Below the pieces are notes generated by a model, which saw only the letters and a list, made by a program, of their open reading frames with translations, did no database searches and was not told the DNA's origin. DNA of 64,000 nt from Eledone cirrhosa (lineage: Eukaryota). The stretch is from positions 15,128,001 through 15,192,000 of the forward strand of contig OZ024747.1 of assembly GCA_964016885.1 (NCBI GenBank), given 5' to 3'. The stretch's first letter is position 1; each line of letters opens with the position of its first letter. The position numbers and the translations under genes were made by a program. This document shows, piece by piece, positions 55,250 to 64,000 of the stretch.

Positions 55250-57382
55250 ATATAAGAAGAAATGAAGTTTCGTTTACAAGTGTTTTTATTGTGTATTGGC
55301 GTGTTACCCGCGTTTCGCAAAGTATTAACTCAAGGTCACCTATGGAAGTTATGGACCCGACTCAAGTATAAATCTGCACATGTACTGGGGTCTATGTGAT
55401 TGACTAACTCAGGTCCTTTACTCTAGTAATTGACATACACTTTACTATTTCATTGATTTCTGGAAATTTAAAGACATATTTCGAACCAGTTCTTTCGAAG
55501 CTATAACGACACTGCCAATCCACTGTCCCAGATAAGCGAAATACCAAGATACGAGCGTAATAGCCACGTGCTATTTATCAGAAATCTACACAACCACATT
55601 GTGTGAGTCATTGAGTTTTAAGGTACTTGGGGAGAGACATATCAATGACTAAACATAGGTATTTTCCATTTTGCTTGGTAATCCGTTAGGCTCTAATCTC
55701 AACCACCTGCGCTACGCATTCATATCAAGCACACACACAGACAAAGAATTACTCATGGACATAATATGTTTGTTTATATAGAAGATACAATGTGGTGACC
55801 TATTTAATTGTTTTATATAAAAGAATGTTTGAAGGTAAAAGAAAAATCATTGAACTGACGTTTGAAGGAGTTGTTACATCCATATAACTCATTCATAGGG
55901 TATATATCTGTGCCACACACTTATAACTAACTACTCATACACAGGCGAAATACCTACGTGAATAAAAAAAAAAGGTCACAGAAAGCAAAATTCAGTGGAG
56001 AAAAGTCACATTTTATTTACATACCAATAAAAAAGCTGTTTATTTAAAGCAGTGGAAACTTGTATAACTGAAAAAAAAAAAAAAAAAAAGACGAGCCACT
56101 CATCAGATCGGATCAAGGAAACGATGTTTCCATTGTTTCTTCCGTGTAGCCGATACTATAACCCGGTCGCCCAGTCGTAGCACTGCCTGGCACAATACAG
56201 AATACGAACCCACGGCATTATTGGCCGTGAATCCAACCGCTATAAAAATAAGAAAAGAAAAAAATAACTTTTAAAACAATAGTGTTCTGGTTCATACCAT
56301 TTTATTTTTCTTAGTCCAAAGTGTCACTTTTCTGTTCAAAACCAAATCTGGTCTGACTGTGCATGTAAAAATAACAAATCGGAACAAAAACAACTACTGA
56401 ATCCTCTCTTGTATCTGGGAAACTCCTCGTCAAATCATGTATATATCCTAATAGCATATTTTAACTGATTGTCAGTATCGTGTTCTCAGTTTTGTCATTT
56501 TTAAGGAACTTATTTCAGGACATTTATATATATATATATAAAAATGTCCTGAAATACGTTCCTTAAAATCTTGATTTACTAAGTTTTTTCAAGATGAGAT
56601 CTAAGAACAAAAAATAAAAGGAAGTTAACCAAAGACGCTGGTCAAAATATTCCATAGAGAATTAGAACACCTTCCTAGAATGTTCTAAACTCCTCCTCCA
56701 TGTACTGGTGACGAGTCTACCCCTAACCTTCACCGGAGACCATAAAACAATGTCGGAACCTCAACTAAGGAATGAAACATCTACTCGATCGCTTGACCAG
56801 TTAGAAATAATAGTTTAACTTCATTCGAACAGTTAGACATAACAGCTAAATTATCGCAAAGCAAACCCTAATAAGCCGCGGGACAAATAGTGTGGGGCAT
56901 GTTGTTTTCGATATACAAAAACACAACGGGGAGGTTCATTGCTCTTAGCTCTGCTCAATTATGCCTGGGTTGGGACTAAACAACAACCATTTATTGTTGA
57001 CCTCTAGTTGACCTAATGAAGCTACGCGGCACCTTCAGAGCAAGATGAATTGTAAAAGCACACTCAGTCAAGTCACCGTATTTATTTTTACCCCATTTTA
57101 TGACACGGATACTCGAGTGCTTTTAACTGAACAATGCACTTCATATTTAAATGTTTACTTCGTCACGCTTAATTGAATATATTCAGATTCTTTTAAACTC
57201 ACGTTAAAATAGGATTATTATTCTAAATGAGAAACTAACAAATATAAAATGCTAAGTGCTTGTCTTAGCATATTTAATTCGGGGAGCAGTAAAAAGCTAT
57301 ATATAGATAAATGTGCTGAGTAGAGGAAATAAATGTTTTCGCCATTTACTCGTGGCTTATTAAGCTATAATATTAAATTGGC

Positions 57383-57860
57383 CGGTGGATTGGCAGTATC
57401 GGTAGAGTGTCGGACGCTATCCTTTGCAGCTAAGAGTCACTGCCCTTTATGACCTGAGTTCAAATCCCGACGAAGTTAACTTTGCCTTTCATCCTTACGG
57501 GGTCGATAAAATAAAGTACCAGTCACGCACTGGGGTCGATTTAATCAACTTTCTCCTCCCCCCAAAATTGCTGGCCTTTTGCCTATATAAGAAACCAATA
57601 TTAAATTGAAATAAAGCTATAATATTAAATTGAAATAAAAGGCGGTGGATTGGCAGTATCGGTAGAGCGTCGGACAACATGTTTCACGGCATAGAGTTAC
57701 GGCCCTTTATGATCTGAGTTCAAATCCCGTCGAGCTTAACTTTCCCTTTCATCCTTACGGGGTCGATAAAATAAAGTACCAGTCACGCACTGGAGTCGAT
57801 TTAATCAACTTTCTCCTCCCCCAAAAATTGCTGGCCTTTTGCCTATATAAGAAACCAATA
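57383..57860 (+). mobile_element. Tandemly duplicated full-length S1 SINE
   Basis: 57383-57599 and 57641-57860 are highly similar; aatattaaattg recurs before, between and after (TSD-like). Confidence 0.9.
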
Positions 57861-59197
57861 TTAAATTGAAATACATTTATGGCAAATATCGTAGATGATA
57901 TATAGTTTTCGTTACCATGAAACAAGGCATTCCAGCCGTGACCATCTGGGTCTGGTGTACACAGGAATATTTTATTAACTTCTTTTAAAAAAGGAAGGTT
58001 GTAGTTTTGAGGGTGGTTGGTTCTTATTTCTAATCCCACTGACTAAGGGATAGTTAAAATAAAGCATTAGTAACTCACTGGTCAGTTTAATCGACTTTCC
58101 CCTTCCCTTCAAATTGTTGGTCCTGTGCTAAATGTAGAAACAATTAGTTCTAGTAGGTTATTCTGACGAATATCGTAAAACAAGTAGGTTATTTGCTAAC
58201 AAACTGGGACCACGATGCAGTTTTATTGGGTAGTTAAAAGTTACTTCATTTCACTGATTCCAGCAATATATTTTGTTGTTTATGTATGTTTTTGAGGTGC
58301 TGTGCATGTTATTCTTCAACAGCATCCTGGTAAATTTGGCGGCTGATCTAAGTGTTGGTACTTAACAAGCTGAAGATCACAAGCTATGTATTAGTCGCTT
58401 TCTAATAGGTTCGTTGTTGTAGCTATAGCGGTGGAGACAACTAGCGTGCTGGGCCCCCGAACAACCTTCCAACTCACTCGGCCGGGACAGAGTTAAACAC
58501 TCACCTCAGTCTACAATGCGAATTGGAAAGGCTTTTTTTAACGTGTCTACTTGGTTACCCTCCGAGGTAATACTTTTCCCATTCTGTCAGCTACGACCAT
58601 GGGTCATTTTCTCACATTCAACAAGCATATATATCATCGTGGTAGTGATGGTAGTAATCTTTCATCGCACACACACGCACAGACAGACATACTCACTAAC
58701 ACATAAACACACGCACACAGACAAGTACACACACTACTACCACCGTTACTAATACTTTACAAACTATACCACTACCCATTCCACTTATGTTTATAAGATA
58801 ATTTGTTACATCACACTTGTATTGATCTGAAATACTTTCTATGTGAAGTTAGGTTAATTGAAATGTTAAATGAAATTTTCCGGCAGAGAATGTTACATAT
58901 TTTTTACTCGAATTAAAAATGTAGTTAAAATATGTTATCACTGTACTGCAACCACGTGGCTTGGAGTTTAGTTGCACAGTGATGCACATTGTGTATGTGT
59001 TTACTACTATAGTATTGATTTGATCAATGTCATATGAGTGAACTTTGTTTGATGGAAACTGAGCGGAAGCCAGTCATATAATTATATATATATATATATA
59101 GTAATAATAATAAATTTGAAGACTAAAATCCAAAGAGGGGTCGATAAGGATAAATATATATCAAATATATAAGTATATAAGTATATATGTATATATG

Positions 59198-59235
<38 letters not shown>

Positions 59236-59236
59236 T

Positions 59237-59584
59237 ATTTCTTTATTTACCATAAAGGCATAAAAAGAAGGGACAAATACAAAGGGGGAGTTTACATACA
59301 ATCGAGTAAAAAGGGTATAAAATGAAAATAATCGAAAATAACCTCAAAAGCGAGGGGACGTGACGGGGGTTGCACACACCCCCGAAAAAGTGTGCAATCC
59401 TTTGCCCGAGGAGCACATGGAGAAGGTGCTCCCCTCTCCTTTACTTCTTTACCTACAGGATGGTATACAGAGAAGGCCCATTTACACGAGCCATTCTTGC
59501 CACTATCACCCACCTTTCATAAAACTGCCTGTGGCCAAGCACCTCTCTCTCCATTCTTATCCTTCTTCCGAAGTGATATCGGAA

Positions 59585-59585
<1 letters not shown>
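59237..59585 (-). mobile_element. 5'-truncated Tx1/L1-like LINE in (GATA)n
   Basis: Minus frame YHFGRRIRMEREVLGHRQFYERWVIVARMARVNG is homologous to the 45.7 kb peptide; AATAAA-gaaat at the 3' end; (GATA)n on both sides. Confidence 0.75.
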
Positions 59586-59655
<70 letters not shown>

Positions 59656-59659
59656 TGTG

Positions 59660-59810
59660 TATCCCGGGTTCAATCGTGAGTAACACAGTAAGGTACTCAA
59701 TACATAGAACAGTATAAATATTTTTATAGAAATGGCTTCTACAGGACTAGAACTGGTTCATTCGAAGGACATCATCAGAGCTTCCCTGGTGATTTTAGTT
59801 CTAGTCCTGT
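59660..59810. mobile_element. Family F mini-element with inversion at the hammerhead
   Basis: Antisense tail through CTGATGA (59772-59778), then sense gcttcc-CTGGTGA...agttctagtcctgt. Confidence 0.75.
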
Positions 59811-59963
59811 TGTTGTTATTGATGTTCTTGTCCAAACGTAAACACATCTGTTAAGCAGAACGATTAATAGAGATGTGGGTAGGTAAGTAGGTAATAGGTA
59901 GATAGACTAATACAGTTATGTACATAGACAAATAGATAGATATATAGACAAATGGACAGACAG

Positions 59964-60021
<58 letters not shown>

Positions 60022-60066
60022 ATATATATATATATATATGTATGTATATATATATATATATGTGTG

Positions 60067-60159
<93 letters not shown>

Positions 60160-60879
60160 AAGAGAGAGAGAACTTCTAAAACAGACAACTGAAGAAAGCA
60201 ACAGTTGAATGCTTGTCAACAAACGGAGAGAATGCAGGTATTAAGAAACGCATCAAATTTTCACGTCCCTTCTAAAGTAAGAACAAACTGATTATAGGGC
60301 CATTGTGCTTTATATATGTATGTGTGTGTGTGTATTTATGTGTGTGTGTATTGTGTGTGTGTGTGTGTATCTGATCTTTTCTTTTCAGTCTACGTGGCTG
60401 CTTTCAAAATGAATGACTGAGGTATCCGCCCCACCATTGTGGGCAATATCTTTTGACAACACATGGTCAAAATTGCCTGTAGATTCTTCAGGGGGACTTC
60501 AGAAAGGAAATGCTTTGTATTCAACAACCTGGGGGTAGGAGTTAAATGTGTATGTCAGTCATTCTGCTCCTGCGGTCAGATACTTAATTGAGCATGATAC
60601 CACCTCCTGATGATGAATCTGTTCGCGGAAACGTATTTAACAGCGTTAGACCTGATCAGAGATGTGTCTGAGGAATACATTCCCTCTGCCACGTCTCTAG
60701 TACTGGAGACCCATTATGATCATGGCTGCTGACAATATAATAACATCTACCACAGGTGTCTAGCAAGGTAACCCATCCAGTTCTCTCCTCGTTGTATTGG
60801 CTGTCGATGCCATTGCTAACTTAATTCGTTTGCTATTCAATGTCTGGGTGGCTGTGTGGTGTCTGTTATTGAATGAAAG

Positions 60880-62135
60880 TAATAATGGTTTCTTATATCG
60901 GTACAAGGCCAGCAATTTTGGGGGAGGGGAAAATAGACCCCAGTGCGTGACTGGTACTTTATTTTATCGATCCCGTAAGGATGAAAGGTAAAGTTAACCT
61001 CGGTGGGACTTGAACTCAGATCATAAAAGGCCGTAACTCTATGCTGCAAAGCATGGTGTCCGACTCTCTACCGATACTGCCAATCCACCGCCCTCGTATT
61101 TCTTAAATAATTGTTTCTACTTTAGGCACAAGGCTAGCAAATACCCAGTGCATTACTGGTACTTTATTTTATCGACCCTGTAAGGATGAAAGGCAAAGTC
61201 AACTTCGGCGGGATTTTAACTCAGATCGTAAAGAGACGTGACTATACTGGAAAGAATGGCGTCCGACCCTACTGCTAATAATGAAACGCTACCAGGGGGA
61301 TGCCAACTATTCGCGATATTATTACCTACTCTCTGAAATATATTACCTACTCTCTATCACTGCTTTCAGTCTTCATCCCCACCACCAAGGTCACCATGAC
61401 AACCACCACCATCACCACCAGCATAACCACGAACAACAATACAACAACAACAACAAATTGAAAAGTAATAATTGTTTTTAATTTTGGCACAAGGCCAGCA
61501 CATTTTCCTCAGTGCATTACTGGTACTTTATTTTATCAATCCCGTAAGGATGAAAGGCAAAGTTAACCTCGGCGGGAGTTGAACTCAGACCGTAAAGGGA
61601 CGTAATTATGCATCAAAGCATGGCGTCAGACCCTCTATCGATAGACCTGGAAAGATCAACCAGTAGCTACAGCGTTCCAAGTACAGAGAGGTTTTCCTTC
61701 TTTGGCAGAGATACATATACTACACAAGTGTTGAGGAAACAAAACAATCCCAAAGAATTACGCACGTTCAATCTTCTCTCAGCTCAGTAGATCTATCCAT
61801 GTCGTTTCAAAACCTGAGCCGTTTCCGTTGGCCACTACCACTCTTCTCTTGTTCACGATTCTTCTTTTTTTCTGTTCCTTACTTTCTCTTTCTGACATAT
61901 TTCACACACATTCGAATATCAAACCCACTCCTTACAATAACTGTTTCTACTTTTGGCACAAGGCCAGCAATTACCCAGTACATTACTGGTAATTTATTTT
62001 ATCGACTCCGTAAGGATGAACGGAATAGTTAACCTCGTCAGGATTTGAACTCAAACCGTAAAGGAACGTAACTATGCTGGAAAGCATGGCGTCCGACTCT
62101 CTACTGCACTCCACCCTAAAGCCAATCCACCGCCC
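60880..62135 (-). mobile_element. Four S1 SINE copies
   Basis: About 60880-61093, 61106-61277, 61465-61641 and 61937-62135. Confidence 0.88.
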
Positions 62136-62972
62136 TATGCCAATCCACAACGTCTGCTGAATTGGCAGAATACCTTTACTCTTTGCTCTCTATTTCCTTA
62201 AACCGAGTCCTTGTTGTTAACACATCTAGCAGATATCTCGCCTTCTCTATTTCTTTCTCGAAATAGTCTTATTACACTGTTGAAATTACAGTGCCCTTTC
62301 CCCATAGCACACCAGAGAGTTCAGAGCACCCAGTTGGGGGCGCTACCGCCCACGTTCAGAGTCAATGCTGTAGGATGTATTATTACTCATGATATGAAGT
62401 TTGACTTAATTTTAAACTTTGAATATTTATTTGAAAGTCAAAAAATAATTGAAAAATAGAATGTATTTTGATGGTGGATAAATGTTATCCTGAAGGAAAA
62501 TTATGAAGTTTCTCAAAATAAAATGTACAAACGCAAAACCCCCAACAAAGACACACACAAAAAGAAACCGATTATGCATATATATATGTGAGTGCGTGCT
62601 TGTGGGTAAATATATATACATACACATATATATATACGTGTGTTTGTGTGTGAGTGTAGGTGGATGTATGTGTCTATTCTTAAGCATGTAAGCAAATCTA
62701 TGTACGCGAGTAGTTATATACAATGATAGGTAGATAGGTAGGTGCCCATGCATGTAAACTCTATTAATTAGATACAGAGTGAATAAGAAACATTCATATA
62801 AATATATATATATATATATATACATATATATATACATATATGTATATATATATATACATATATACATATATATAAATACATGTATACACACACACACATA
62901 TACACACACACATATATACACACACACACACACACATACCCATATACACACACACATATACCCACACACACT

Positions 62973-63018
<46 letters not shown>

Positions 63019-63968
63019 TGTGTATGTATATACAAATATATATATACATATATGTGTGGAGTGGGGGTGTATGAAGTGAGAGTGAATATATATAGAGAGT
63101 TTAATAGAGAGACTTAGATGCTTCTCGGTTTGAGTTATTTTAGTGTTGCCTCAAGACTAGCCATCGTAAACACGAAGTTAAAACGTCCCTTGCTTTATCG
63201 TTATTATAGTAAGAACTTATGGGAATATAAAAATATATTTTAGATGATATAAAGGAAGAGTAAAAACAGAAAATATGCAGAGATAAATAAAACCTTCAGT
63301 GAAGTATATTATTCCCTTGAAGTCATCACTGAATATATTTTATATATTTCATATATTTTCTGCCAGGCTTGGACATTCCGTCAACAGCTAAGCTGATACA
63401 GTGTTTTCCTCACCACTATCACACAAATACATCCACACCCTTCCATATAAAAATCTCTCTCCCCCTTCTCATATTCTCATCTCTAACTATTTCGATTTTA
63501 CCTCTGGACTCAATGTTTATTTTCATAACATCATTTTGCTGTGTTGCAAAACTAAAAAATATTTTTTTAAATGCAAATATGAAAATAGAATTGTAGATTA
63601 GGTATGATGGAATTAGCCAAGATATAAACCAATTTAATTTGTGTTCTAATCCTTAAAATTACACGCACACAAACGTATATGGATATCCATACGCACACAC
63701 ATATATATATATACAACATACGATACTCGCCCAACCTTCCTCTCTATATCAAGTACCACCAAACTCTCCTCCTCTCTATATGTATATCTATCTCTTCCAT
63801 CTGTTTCTACATAACATGTACATAAATTGTAGCGCATATACAAATAGAAGTGTGTTTTGCTAGTTCGGAAAGATAAATATAGTTGGGGAGGGGGGGGGAC
63901 ATGGTCCCCCCTGCCCCCCCCCCCCATTCCACGGCTCCTGTATATATGTATATATATATATATATATA

Positions 63969-64000
<32 letters not shown>

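Noticed and set aside
63885-63940. G/C hairpin ending ccacggctcctg, like a hAT MITE terminus
   Set aside because: No matching second TIR or 8-bp TSD found.

Overview
AT-rich, microsatellite-saturated eukaryotic non-coding DNA. Repeat content and style suggest a coleoid cephalopod, probably Octopus (inference only). I found no supportable host protein-coding exon, and nearly all ORFs in the track are translations of (TA)n/(CA)n/(ATT)n. The window holds about 35 copies of a tRNA-headed SINE, a few CORE-type SINEs, 3' remnants of LINEs (R4/Dong, Tx1/L1-like, RTE, CRE-like), a decayed Penelope-type RT, a mariner remnant, a non-autonomous Helitron and two MITEs. The main hidden signal is a dense population of short elements embedded in (TA)n tracts. 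They carry type I hammerhead ribozyme (HHR) motifs (CUGANGA...GAAA...NUH), many with palindromic stem III: about 7 intact-looking and more than 10 partial or decayed copies from several families. One locus (2339-3252) is a near-perfect 504-nt tandem repeat with an HHR per unit, i.e. a retrozyme-like architecture. In most other copies the inversion or truncation junction falls inside or at the edge of the ribozyme. All folds and alignments were done by eye, so coordinates of degraded repeats are approximate.
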